From Octopus bimaculoides (Eukaryota), in NCBI RefSeq assembly GCF_001194135.2, contig NC_068984.1, positions 22,252,183 through 22,316,182 of the forward strand: a DNA stretch of 64,000 nt, read 5' to 3'. The position numbers and the translations under genes are program-made. The first letter of the stretch is position 1. Each line of letters starts with the position of its first letter. The notes under the pieces were generated by a model. That model saw only the letters and a program-made list of their open reading frames with translations, did no database searches and was not told the origin of the DNA. Shown here one piece after another: positions 52,595 through 64,000 of the stretch.

Positions 52595-53310
52595 CACAAC
52601 AAACAAGATGAGGACAAATATCCGTCAAATGTAAATAATGTAAATAATTCCTCATCTCTTAAATATAGAACTGTATTATCTAATCGGTGCGGAGCCGACA
52701 TTAGACTTCATTGGAGACATATAGAGAAACTCCATCAAAAACTAACTCGTCTTTCAAACCATCTAACTAATAATAATAATATAATAATAGTAACATCNNN
52801 NNNNNNNNNNNNNNNNNNNNNNNNNNNNNNNNNNNNNNNNNNNNNNNNNNNNNNNNNNNNNNNNNNNNNNNNNNNNNNNNNNNNNNNNNNNNNNNNNNNN
52901 NNNNNNNNNNNNNNNNNNNNNNNNNNNNNNNNNNNNNNNNNNNNNNNNNNNNNNNNNNNNNNNNNNNNNNNNNNNNNNNNNNNNNNNNNNNNNNNNNNNN
53001 NNNNNNNNNNNNNNNNNNNNNNNNNNNNNNNNNNNNNNNNNNNNNNNNNNNNNNNNNNNNNNNNNNNNNNNNNNNNNNNNNNNNNNNNNNNNNNNNNNNN
53101 NNNNNNNNNNNNNNNNNNNNNNNNNNNNNNNNNNNNNNNNNNNNNNNNNNNNNNNNNNNNNNNNNNNNNNNNNNNNNNNNNNNNNNNNNNNNNNNNNNNN
53201 NNNNNNNNNNNNNNNNNNNNNNNNNNNNNNNNNNNNNNNNNNNNNNNNNNNNNNNNNNNNNNNNNNNNNNNNNNNNNNNNNNNNNNNNNNNNNNNNNNNN
53301 NNNNNNNNNN

Positions 53311-53347
<37 letters not shown>

Positions 53348-54234
53348 GTGTGTGTGTGTGTGTGTGTGTGTGTCAATGTATGCAGAACTACTACGAAATA
53401 TTTTCACTCGGTCTTCAATGTTATGCTAAACTAAACAAATCTTATATTTATATCCGGGTGGTGGTCTGTGTAAAACTTCAGGCAAAGAATTTTCTAGAAC
53501 AAAAGAAGTCTAGTAAGGTCAAAAACTTTTAGCAATTTCGAAAGATTTTTTGAATAGTAAAAATGTTTTAATAAAAATTTTTGGATATTTAATTGAGGAA
53601 TGGTAACTGTTATAGTAACGGAAGAAGCGATAGTATGAAGAACCAGTGCAATTAGGAGTCAATGTCTATAGTGGTTTGAGGTATTTATACTTCCCATTTA
53701 ACTTTTGCTTCGACTTTTTAAATGTTTCCACAGTGCAACTCTGTGTTCTAAGTAGCCGAACCGTAATAAGCTGTTGTGCTGGTTCTTACAACGTTTTAGT
53801 TGATATGCCACATCTAGGTGGTCCAGGTGTTTTTTGTAGTGACGTCTGTGCAATAAATGTCGCAGTTTTCATGATAAGCCCTAGCAGAAAATGAATTTCA
53901 TATTTAACAATAACAACAACTGTATATGCGGCTGTGATTCTCATCTATATGTAACTGGTTTATAGGATTGTAACAATTTGAGAATTTTAGCTAGTTTTCA
54001 AACAGTCTAAATATAACCTGCTGGGGGAACGTTTTTGTAGATCTCCTGTGTACTAATGACGTAAGTAATTATGAAAATGCACTATTACCTTAACTCCTAG
54101 AATTTTACATGGATGAACTTCGAGACCTGTACAGACTTCCCACACTCTCTTTCTCCCTCTCTTCAACCCCACTTACAGCCACTTCACATGCCAATTCAAT
54201 GAGCTAGTCGTTCGGGAGTCAAAATCGACAGGAT

Positions 54235-54274
<40 letters not shown>

Positions 54275-55529
54275 GAGAGAAAGAGAGAAAAAGCTTTATA
54301 AATTCTTGTTAATAGATGGCTTACTTCATGTCTTGATGAATAATATATTCTTCAGACCCGCGCGTTTTCCTGAGAACAGTTCATTAATGTAATTATTTGA
54401 ATATAGGAGAAAGAAAAAAAAGCTAATATGTTTCCATCTAGACATTAGAATAGTAATGAGTCATTTCCTTTTATTTATACATTAAGAGCAATTGTCATGA
54501 AATAGCTAAATTAACTATTAAACAAATATTTCAATACAATTAGAAGAAATACAACGGGAGGTAAGCTAGAAGAGGAAATGGGAGGAGGTGTTAATGTAAA
54601 TTTGAAAGAATAATGCTAAGCGTGCAAAACGTTCTGGCTCTTAGGGCATACGCACTTATATCCATGCAAACACACATTATTTATCTTATTTTATTGCAGT
54701 TGTTATTATTATAGAGAGCAAAGGAAATAAGTTATTTTCACATTTCAAAAGTCATACAGGCGTGATGTCCAATGATGCTAAAACGTATATTTAAAAAAAA
54801 TAATAAATGATTGACTATGTAAATCTTAAGCTGTGTAAAACAAACAATGCATGTATTTGAAGGGCGTTTGTCTTATCAAGACATGAAGCATAGAGTACTA
54901 CATGAATTATCGAATATTGGTGTGTGTGTCTATATAGTGTATGTGTCGGGAGCGATAGCCAAATTAAGTATGGATCTTTGAGAATATAGTTATGCCCGTA
55001 TGTATACATCCATACGCAATAACTGCAAAACTTCAAATGTAAAGATTCACAGGCGTTAAACACAAACACATATACAAAGCTGTTCTTGTGGGACTTAGAT
55101 TCTTTTCTTCCTTTGGGTAACAACAATTCTCAGTGGACGAACATGCTTTGTCCTTTACGCTTCGTCAGATATTGGAACATATACATTACATTGTTGTTAT
55201 TAATTATTGCCTTTTAGGGTGATGTCGATGCACCATCGCAGCAACTGTTCCTGATATTAAAAATAATAAAAAAGTTTTCTCTTATTCTTATACTCGGATC
55301 AAAAACTATATATTGTTTTATCGATATTTTGTCTATATAATTTATCAATTGTTTTTCTTTCAGTTTATTTCAAGGCTAATAACTGATGTCTCTGCTCTGC
55401 GTAACAATACTGTAGAAATTAATACTCTCTCAACCACTCTTGGCCCAAAAGCAATCCTATAAAAATCGTTAGGGTTTCTCAGCCGTATTCTTTTGTTTGG
55501 AGAAAGAAGGAAGGCAGAAGTATCGTTCA

Positions 55530-57770
55530 ATTCAAAGAAAATCCAGTATTTGATCAGTGCAGTATTTTATCGACCTAAGAAGAATGAAATCGAAATGTTA
55601 GCGCATTTATCTTCGGGTGGATCTGAACTCAGAACTTAAACGCCCTGAGAATATTTCGCATGATACTTATTTGTCAGATGCGCTAAACTTTCTGGCAAGC
55701 CACTATCAGCGGATGTAGGATATTGCTCATGTTGTTCGTGTAATGGTTCGATATCTCTGCTTCCGATGTATGGCTTTTGATTTGGGAATTTTTGTTTTGT
55801 GTGTGTGTTTTATTATTTATTCTTCCTGCATCTAGTTCTTCAAGAATACTTTTTCTCATTTCACATCTAAACTTCTCCTGTTGCAATTCAAGTGAACATG
55901 ATGTTAAGTATTGCAGAACATATAACTTAATACATTCCACGTGTGGAAACATAGTTTTTGTTGAAAGGAAATGCTGGACTGAAAACATTCAATTTGAAGA
56001 GAACATTTGATAGGCAAGCTGTGTATCGCGATTTAATTAAATCTGCGAATTCTGTCAGTTTCAATGTCACGAGAAATCACGTTCTTGTTTTGACTTAATA
56101 TGATAAATGTTGTATATTTGTAATAAAAAAAAATAGGTGCGAAAATTATGTAAATCACAATAAAGGACATGAAATAAATTTTATATTCAAATGAACACCT
56201 TCACAGTTGGAGTTTATATCTTTTTCAATACATAGTCTTCTATATATTGAAATACATTGTCCTCCAAAGGAAATACTATTATATCTGTATAGAAAATACT
56301 GTTATATAATACATAGAAATACTATACTGTTATACTATACAGAGGACATACTTTTATACTATACACGTTTAGAATAGTACAAAGCATCATTATTGCTCAT
56401 TCCATGGCCGTAGAGCTAGCACATTTCTCCTGCCTAGGATGTGGGGACCAAGTGATGAGGTGAAGAACATTCAGCCTGTATCAATGACCGTTCCCCAAGT
56501 CACGATGCATTTAACAAACTTTCGCTACCAAACCGCTATCTGTTAGGTGGTATATTTTTTCCTTCTTTCTGTCCTTATTCTGTTTTTCTGTTTATCTTAC
56601 TTCTTTCCTTTCTTCTTATAGACATTGCATTATCTCACACCGCCACAACCATCAGACACACCTAAAAAGATAGGCTTTTTTTAAGGCATTTTCTCGGACT
56701 GTCCTGTGCATCTTTTTGAAGGTGGAAGGATGGTTTGAGGAAGATTTGACTTACTTTTCTTGCAGCTTCAGTGACCATGTAGTGGTTCCTTCGTTGCATT
56801 CAGTTTATTATTGCTAGTAACAAAGATTTCTAAGACAGGAACAAGACCATACATTTTTGGAGGAGGTTGTTAAGTCCACACTATCAACTCAGTACCTGAC
56901 TTTACTTATTTTATCGACCCCGGATAACATTTTATTGCTTAGTCAGACGGGAAAAGCAGTATGCCCGACATTTTTCAGGGTCTCTGAGAGCGGTTGTTGG
57001 GAGGAAGGAAATCATTCTCAAATTTGCGATCTGGCTCAAACTCTATAGACCTTTTTTGAGGGTCTTCCGTATTTGGGCCACGCTGCTAGGCAAGTATACC
57101 ATCTAAATAGATAGTGGGTGGATTTTTTAAAGGACAACGCCAAGATTTACAACAAATGCCGCAGGCTATGAAAAGGTTCTGCCAGTCTAAAAGGCAAAGA
57201 AATTCTTGTGGCGAATTAGCAGAGTCATGAGAACGCTGGACGAAAAGGCTTGCATATTACCATGCCCTAAAACCTCTTCCGATTCTCCATAAGATGGTGA
57301 ACTGGCAAGACTTTAGAGCTTTGAAAGAAGAACGTAAAAATATGTAACTAAACAATGATCGTGTTTTATCCAGTGTTCTATTGATCACTGATTCTATCAC
57401 TCATTAAGACAATAAACATTTCTTCATTAGATATACAAAGTTCATTGTTGATTTAGATCTCAGCATGTGACTGGTACATAATTTATCGGGATCGAAAGGA
57501 TGAAAGGTAAAGTCGATCTAGGAGTGAAACCTGGAATCAGATTGCAAAGAGGCAGAGCTAAAATACTGCAAGATTATCCGTCAATGCACTGTCTAGTTGA
57601 TTTTCTTTACTTTCTCGGTTTAAATTCCACCAAAACTGACTTTGCTTTCATCCTTGTGGCGAGGAAAAAAAAAACTACCACTCAGATACAGACATTAATT
57701 TAATCGACTATAACCTCTCACTAAACAAAAACCCGGAACCACGTGGTTAGGAAGCAAACTTTTTATCACA
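55530..57770. mobile_element. Scattered old SINE fragments: A(-) ~55530-55690, 56860-57030, 57455-57600; A(+) ~57600-57660; B head(-) ~57715-57780
   Basis: TATTTTATCGACC, GAAAGGATGAAAGG, GACTTTGCTTTCATCC and CCCGGAACCACGTGGTTAGGAAGCAA motifs. Confidence 0.55.
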
Positions 57771-58252
57771 GTCACGGGTGTGCCTGTAAAGCCAATTACC
57801 TGGATACCTCTGAAAACAACAATGTTTTGAGGTGACAACTGTAAAATAAGATGGTAGAATCTGAGGAAATTGGTGATGGTCCGTGGTAGTTCATAGAAAG
57901 GCAAAGTTCATGCAGTAGAATAAATAATATGCAGTGAGGAACAAATACAATTTTCTCGCTTCGTTGTAATTTCTAACTGAATCCTGTAGAGTTCGTGTTT
58001 CGTTTCTGTGTTATCAATAAAATAAATACAAGAAGCATTCAGAAATGCCACAAGCGACTTTATAACTTTGCTAATAAATAGTGGTGGCCTTGTGTTATAT
58101 TATGAGAAATCTTTATCAATTATACTTACATTAGATGTAGTAAGGTAAGGAATAGGTACTCTTAGCGGCAGTAGAAGTAATGAGAGTAACTACAACATTA
58201 TAGTAACACATATTAGAGGGTAAAGTAAATAGGAACATAGATGAAGAGAATG

Positions 58253-58299
<47 letters not shown>

Positions 58300-58329
58300 N
58301 NNNNNNNNNAGAGAGAGAGAGAGTATATT

Positions 58330-58462
58330 CTTCTCTACTCTAGGCACAAGGCCCGAAATTTTGGGGGAGGTGGCCGGTCGATTAGATCGACCCCAGTACG
58401 AATCTGGTACTTAATTTATCGACCCCGAGAGGATGAAAGGCAAAGTCAACCTGGGCGGAATT
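58330..58462 (-). mobile_element. 5'-truncated SINE family A with a ~16-bp TSD in (AG)n
   Basis: Flanks are AGAGAGAGAGTATATT (58314-58329) and AGAGAGAGAATATATT (58463-58478). Confidence 0.85.
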
Positions 58463-59614
58463 AGAGAGAGAATATATTGATTGACAAGTTTAAGACGGAT
58501 CAATTTACGTCTGAGACATATAGTTAAACATATGAGGAAGTATGCGAATCTCAAAAGAATTCCTTCCTTTCATCCAGTGGATTTTGTAAGAAAATGAACA
58601 TTTATAATAGGTTCAATAAGGAAGGATTCAGTTCAGGAATAACCAATAAAATTCTTTGATCTGGACTTAGTATTTCTATACTAACGATTTTATTGAAAAT
58701 AAAATAAAATGGAATCAGAAAAACTGAGACACAAGGAGATATAAAGAGTGGGCAAGTGGATAAATGAAGCTCTGTATATGGCATATACGTATGTAACATG
58801 CATGCGCTACATATTTACATACACACACAATGTTTATGAGCTATACTCAAATCGCTTTTTACTGCTTCATCAACGAAAATTGGACAGCCACTATGACACT
58901 CTTGAGAGCACATAGAACTAGTTGGAGAATAGAAGACTGGAAACATAACTTATTTGCTACAGGTGATATCAAACGCGGCAGTAGATTAAGTTAACCACTC
59001 AGAAAAGATAACATATAACTAACCGGTTTCTACTAAATAATTTTCATGTTTCGTCTTTCGCTGACAAGACTGTTTGTCAAGATGCTTCAGTTTAATAGAT
59101 TTCCACAAAATTCTAACTGAAAATGTTGTTTGCAGTTACGATATAAAATTTATTCAATAAATATATCGAAGATCTACTTCACTATTGCTGTACAAACAAC
59201 GAGTTTAAGGACATCCTGTTCATCATATCTTACTTTAAGGAAATGAGCAAGAAACCTATTACTCAAGCAGCAACCCATTTCGCCAATGTTTAATACGCAG
59301 CAAGTCTTGCAAGCATTGTGTCTTTCTATTAAACATCAGATAAACTAGAGCTGGCAATAAAAATAAAATATACTTTTAAGACATTTGTACAGATCGATCG
59401 TAAGAAGTTGTATGTTATACAAAATTTAATTTTTTTGACGGTCAGAATTGACTGCTGGTTATACAGAATGTTGTCCTTTCTCTTTCAATCAAAAGGAACA
59501 GCAAAAGAAGCCGGACTAATATTTCTCCCTACATTCGAATTCCTCAATGGCTTCATTTAATACTAAGGTGTAGCATTGATTACAGATACAGACTGTGTAT
59601 GCAACATATTCCAC

Positions 59615-59830
59615 GAGCAAGCTAGGAATCTCGATTTGCTTCAAACAGCGACCAGATCTCCTGCTAATCACACCCACCATCGTCTTAAAACGAACAAAGT
59701 TAATTCAATTCTAAATAGGTCTGAAAAAAAAAACGAAAAAAAAAAACAACGAGATAGTCGCAGCTGGATCTCTTTTCAACACTTGTCTGCTCGATTAGGA
59801 TCGACCTTGGTCTCGACAACAGCAATAGTT
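59615..59830 (+). mobile_element. Repeat family D, near full length
   Basis: CAAACAGCGACCAGATCTCC..AATCACACCC...GCAGCTGGA...CTGCTCGATTAGGATCGACCTTGG. Confidence 0.55.
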
Positions 59831-60241
59831 GCTTATTCTTCATAACTTAGAAATGTTTCACACACTCCATTATAAGCAGCTGTAATATGAACAAANNNNN
59901 NNNNNNNNNNNNNNNNNNNNNNNNNNNNNNNNNNNNNNNNNNNNNNNNNNNNNNNNNNNNNNNNNNNNNNNNNNNNNNNNNNNNNNNNNNNNNNNNNNNN
60001 NNNNNNNNNNNNNNNNNNNNNNNNNNNNNNNNNNNNNNNNNNNNNNNNNNNNNNNNNNNNNNNNNNNNNNNNNNNNNNNNNNNNNNNNNNNNNNNNNNNN
60101 NNNNNNNNNNNNNNNNNNNNNNNNNNNNNNNNNNNNNNNNNNNNNNNNNNNNNNNNNNNNNNNNNNNNNNNNNNNNNNNNNNNNNNNNNNNNNNNNNNNN
60201 NNNNNNNNNNNNNNNNNNNNNTATATATATATATATATATA

Positions 60242-60537
60242 TGAGAGGAGACCCCCTTCAGTCATGAATGACCAGGAGATTGCACCTAGATAGTTACCCT
60301 CCGAGGCAAAAATCCGGGCAAGATTGTTTGTGGAAGACTAGCAGTCGCCCATGCATACCAGCCTCCCCTCTCCACACCACTGATGTTATCCAAAGGAAAG
60401 GCAAACGCCGATACAGCTTGGCACCAGTGATGTCGCAACTCATTTCTACAGCTGCGTTAACTGGAGCAACGTGAAATAAAGTGTCTTGCTCAAAACACAG
60501 CACACAGCCCGGTCCGGAAATCGAACTCACAACCTCA
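60242..60537 (-). mobile_element. SINE family C, head truncated
   Basis: GGAGACCCCCTTCAGTCATGAATGACC...CTGGAGCAACGTGAAATAAAGTGTCTTGCTC...AATCGAACTCACAACCTCA. Confidence 0.8.
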
Positions 60538-60854
60538 GTGGGAGGTGACACCACCCATCCTACGCACAAACGAAAGTCTTCGCGTCGGTAGGCTACATCA
60601 GTTCCCGGCTGTTACGCCTTGGGTACAGAGATGTAGTGCGCGCGGCAAACCTGAGTATACAGATACTACCTGTATTTCAAAAAGCCAGGCTTGTATCCTT
60701 CTGTATCCCGCCGAATCCCACCGAGAACTACGTTAATGGTATGCATGTTTGTGGCATGCTCAACCACTTGCACGTTAATTTCACGAGCAGTCTGTTCCAT
60801 TGATCAGATCAACTGGAACCCTTGATGTCGTAACCAAGTGAGTGCCAGTTTTTT
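60538..60854 (+). mobile_element. GC-rich ~310-bp block, probably the 3' end of another non-LTR retroelement
   Basis: Abruptly replaces the SINE C head and ends GGAACCCTTGATGTCGTAACC..GTGCCAG plus a T-run. Resembles a recalled Octopus repeat; single copy here. Confidence 0.4.
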
Positions 60855-62084
60855 CTATGTTAGAAAATAATATTGGCAGAGGTAATGTTGTATTTATTGT
60901 ATTGTCCCTAGAAGGCTCGATATACAACAATGCTATCCCTTATAGGATTAGATCTTAGTATTAATATTTCTACTGTTTCTGCAATTGATTGTTCTTTAAC
61001 AAATAATTTATTTTCTTTGGGTAAAGTGTTTACAGTTTTGAGGAGAGGAATGTATTCGATACCATCGATTCCAATACTTCACTGATCTATTATCTTATTG
61101 AACTTCAAAAGGTGAAAAGCAAAGTTCATTTTGGTTGTATTAGAACTCAGAATATAGTGATCGATATTATCACTGGTGAAAAATTGCATACATTTAAGAA
61201 AGGCACATAATATGATAGATTTAATCGACTCCAGCTCTCGATTGCTATTCATTTGTATGGTCTTGGAGGCTGGCATTTCAACTTTGACACCGTTTATGAT
61301 TTAATGATATGAACCTAGGGCATTAAATGATATTACCATATACGAGAATACATTTCGTCAAACTCTTCTGCATCGGTTGCCAACGTTTCTGTAACCTCGT
61401 CACCCTATCTCGCTATGTTTAAAGTGCATGTCACCCTTATATTTTTGTCAGTTGTGGTATTTAAATTCAAAATCTCGTGTCAACCCTAGTTACTATGTAC
61501 AACATTTAAGGCTGTCGTGACAGCTAATATGAAAACCGCTATTTTACCGATGCTGTCACCAAGCCTGCCTCTAACCAGTACTAAACGAAATAGAATCCGA
61601 GAAAACTTACAATGGTCTGCATTGATGCACGATCAAATTTCTTTATCTTATCGAGAATACAGGACGCTGGTGGTTATAAAATATTGGAAGAAAGAGCGAT
61701 TTTTTTTCTTGACTATCAATAAGTATACTCGTACTTTACTGTAAAAACATAAGGATGGATACCTGTGAGTTTGTGTAAATGTATGTGTGTTTTGGAGTCG
61801 ACTGTTTAACATTATTTTTGATTTGGAATATATTATCAGTAGGCGATCAACCAAACTGTCCACCTCTTGCCTCCAGAGAATGAGATCGGTACGTTATTTC
61901 CGATATATTGTTGAACCAAAGCAATGATATATATAGTGTCCTGTCCAGTAAAGACAAGGAAATGCCTGCAGCTGATTCGAACTCACGAATACATGATCTT
62001 GTCCAATATCCATTATAAACTCGGCAATATTCCAATGTGCGATCGATAAATATAAATAAATACTAACACTGTACAGCTGTTATC

Positions 62085-62490
62085 ACTTCTACGACAACTA
62101 CTACTACTACTGCTGCTGCTGTAGTTGGTAGCCGCGCCCTTGTTGCTATTGTATTGCCAAACTTACACAGCTACAACAGCTGTTGCAGGCAATACTACTA
62201 CAACTGTTACTACTGCTTCTGCTGCAGCTTCTGGACCATTCGAAGCTACTACTGCTGCTACAACTACTACTATGGACGCAGTAGTAGTTGTAGCAGCAAG
62301 ACTGTCAGTCTGTTACGATAATTAGTTGAACTAGGTTCACATTGCTTATGCCTTTATTTACTTTAAAAAATGCATTCCCACCACATATTAGCCTTCATTT
62401 CCTCGTAGACAAAAAAAACCCAAAAAAAACCAGTGACTTTGAACTTGAGTTGAAGTCCTAATAGTAGTAGTAGCAGCAGCAGCAGCAGTG
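62085..62490. repeat. Degenerate (CTA/CTG/TAG/CAG)n trinucleotide region
   Basis: Direct read. Confidence 0.85.
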
Positions 62491-62551
62491 CTTCCAGCTA
62501 TATTATCTTTGCAGCCATTTCTCTTCAAATACATCGATAAAATAGAGCATC

Positions 62552-62833
62552 GTGCATGAACCTCACAACAGCACATATTGCTTTTTTCATGCGAAAGAAA
62601 TCGAAATAGAAAAGAAAATATCGAAGATAAAAGGGCTGATAAGGGTAAAATTGAGTCCAGATATGTTCGAAGAACATGAGAAAGCAGTGCTGGTAGAGAA
62701 GGTGGTAGTCAATAGGTTTAAAGAAATGTACCCGGAAAACGTTACACACAGTGGAATATATGTGCGGTACGAGAATCTGCCGAACGTCCTTACGATAGAG
62801 GAACTGATGCCGCATATAACTTATGAGGAGTAA
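62552..62833 (+). pseudogene. Paralogous relic of the 51.0-51.7 kb ORF (93 open codons, no in-frame ATG at the start)
   Basis: KISKIKGLIRVKLSPDMFEEHEKAVLVEK aligns with IINKIHSIVRVKVPSYIYAEDMKAILIEE. ENVTHSGIYVRYENLPNVLTI aligns with ESVDPPGVEVEFKELPPVVNL. Confidence 0.55.
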
Positions 62834-63301
62834 AAGGATCATAAATTGCATAAGAACTGAATAAAACAGAACAGTTAAATGAAGCTGCGAGCTTTGGGGG
62901 GCTCGTAAGCCATTTCATCAATTCATTTTAAAGTAAATCATTTCATTCATATTTCGTTCTATGTACCCCACGTTTTGTATTGTATTGTATGTCCTTGTAA
63001 TGTCCCCCTCCATGTAGTGGCCTTAGTGCCAATAATAAAGAGAGAAGAACATATTGCTTTTATAAACTTTAGCCTATGCAAAATATATAACGTCTACGAT
63101 GTCAGTGAGTCCGCTAGAAATGACACCTAGCCTGTTTGAAATCTTGCGATACAAGACTGCATAAGAGAAGGGCGAGAATGTCATGGTTAGAACGCTTGTC
63201 ATCACTATCGCATACCTGCTCTGCTGAAGGGTTGACATGTAGCTAAACAACAGCAACAACATTAATACAGATTGTTGGAACAATGTTGCAACAACTTTAA
63301 A

Positions 63302-63672
63302 GGTGCAAGTTGGCTGTGTGGTAAAAATTTTGCTTCCTAACTAAATGGTTTCAGGTTCAATTCTACTGCGTGGCATTTAAGGCCTACTACTATAGCCTCA
63401 GTACCAAAGCCCTGTGAGTGGATTTGGTAGGCGGAAAATGAAAGAAGCCCACCGTGTGTGTGTGTGTGTGTGTGTCTTTGTGACCCCGCCACAGCTTAAC
63501 TAGTGTTTGGTGTGCTTTCCTCCCCGTAACTTAGAGGTTCGTCAAAATTGACTTATAGTATAAGTACCGGGGTTGAAAATTTAAGTACTGGGGTTGATTT
63601 GTTCGACTACATTTCTTCCAGTAGTGCCCCAGCATGGCCACAGTCTAATGGCGGAAACAAGTAAAAGAAAAA
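63302..63672 (+). mobile_element. SINE family B, near full length
   Basis: GGCTGTGTGG..TTGCTTCC..GGTTCAATT..CTGCGTGGCA...GAGTGGATTTGGTAG..(TG)n..CCCCAGCATGGCCACAGTC..GAAACAAGTAAAAG. Confidence 0.85.
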
Positions 63673-64000
63673 AATAACCAATACCGTGCTGCTGCTGCTG
63701 GGATTGAGCCAAGAGTTATTTCTCGGTGCCGTCGATAGATCTGTATGAAATAACAGCACGATCCCCCTGTAAATACGTTTCTTAAATGCTTTTATAAAGG
63801 AAGAACACATTGAGACTATACTCCTTGTTACATTTTATCAGAAATCTCTCCATGATCTAGAAATCTTTTGATTATAACTGACACATACTTAGATGAAGTA
63901 CAACTGCTGTAGCTTTGCATTTGCTACAAACATGAACTCTTCTATTACAACTATCACCTCTACCATGGTTTCTTCTTTAGGCTCATGTCCAACAATTCTG

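Larger units (their letters stand above)
52255..52797. mobile_element. Penelope-like element (PLE) terminal-repeat / retrozyme-like cluster: one minus-strand copy joined head-to-head to tandem plus-strand 285-bp units, running into a gap
   Basis: 52255-52476 is the reverse complement of sequence found in 52474-52797. The start CCATCTAACTAATAATAAT recurs at 52474 and 52759 (period 285). Each unit has a hammerhead motif. The + unit encodes VLSNRCGADIRLHWRHIEKLHQKLTRLSNHL, resembling the E-K-x3-K-L-x-R-x2-N-H-L N-terminus of PLE ORFs (recalled). Inverted/tandem pseudo-LTRs carrying hammerheads are typical of PLEs. Confidence 0.75.
18992..60221. other. Assembly gaps: 18992-19001, 23687-23866, 36229-36585, 39090-39786, 45189-45198, 52798-53310, 58300-58309, 59896-60221
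   Basis: N runs, mostly flanked by (TA)n or other repeats; these produce the poly-X ORFs. Confidence 1.

Noticed and set aside
53731-53894. Strong + strand acceptor (TTTCCACAG) with an open Cys-containing frame
   Set aside because: No convincing donor and no recognisable domain.
23575-60267. Long ORFs in the track containing poly-X (e.g. 35937-36698, 39033-40006, 52735-53407, 59870-60267)
   Set aside because: Open only because they cross N gaps and (TA)/(CA) repeats.
300-60400. Other CTGANGA/TCNTCAG occurrences (e.g. ~335, 11200, 12745, 24747, 48065)
   Set aside because: None is followed by a paired helix II and GAAA, so they are not hammerheads.

Overview
AT-rich, microsatellite-dense animal genomic DNA with eight N-gaps. 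The short interspersed repeats resemble abundant Octopus (coleoid cephalopod) SINEs; this is recalled, not searched. No complete protein-coding gene, rRNA, tRNA gene or CRISPR array is supportable, and most listed ORFs are artefacts of microsatellites, gaps or SINEs. The window looks intronic or intergenic. It contains (i) about 45 copies or fragments of several SINE-like families; (ii) decayed coding remnants of an L1/Tx1-clade reverse transcriptase (21.4-22.1 kb), two R4/Dong-like restriction-like-endonuclease LINE ends (28.1-29.5 kb), a Tigger/pogo transposase (13.8-14.3 kb) and an internally deleted mariner (46.8-47.0 kb); (iii) a Penelope-like repeat at 52.25-52.8 kb, arranged as inverted plus tandem 285-bp units that carry minimal hammerhead ribozyme motifs (the most striking element); (iv) two pre-miRNA-like hairpins (24.45 and 37.1 kb), the first overlapping a second hammerhead-like core; (v) two diverged relics of the same unassigned protein family (51.0-51.7 and 62.55-62.83 kb); and (vi) three + strand candidate exons with near-consensus splice sites at 4.0-9.5 kb. 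All calls were made by eye; repeat boundaries are approximate.
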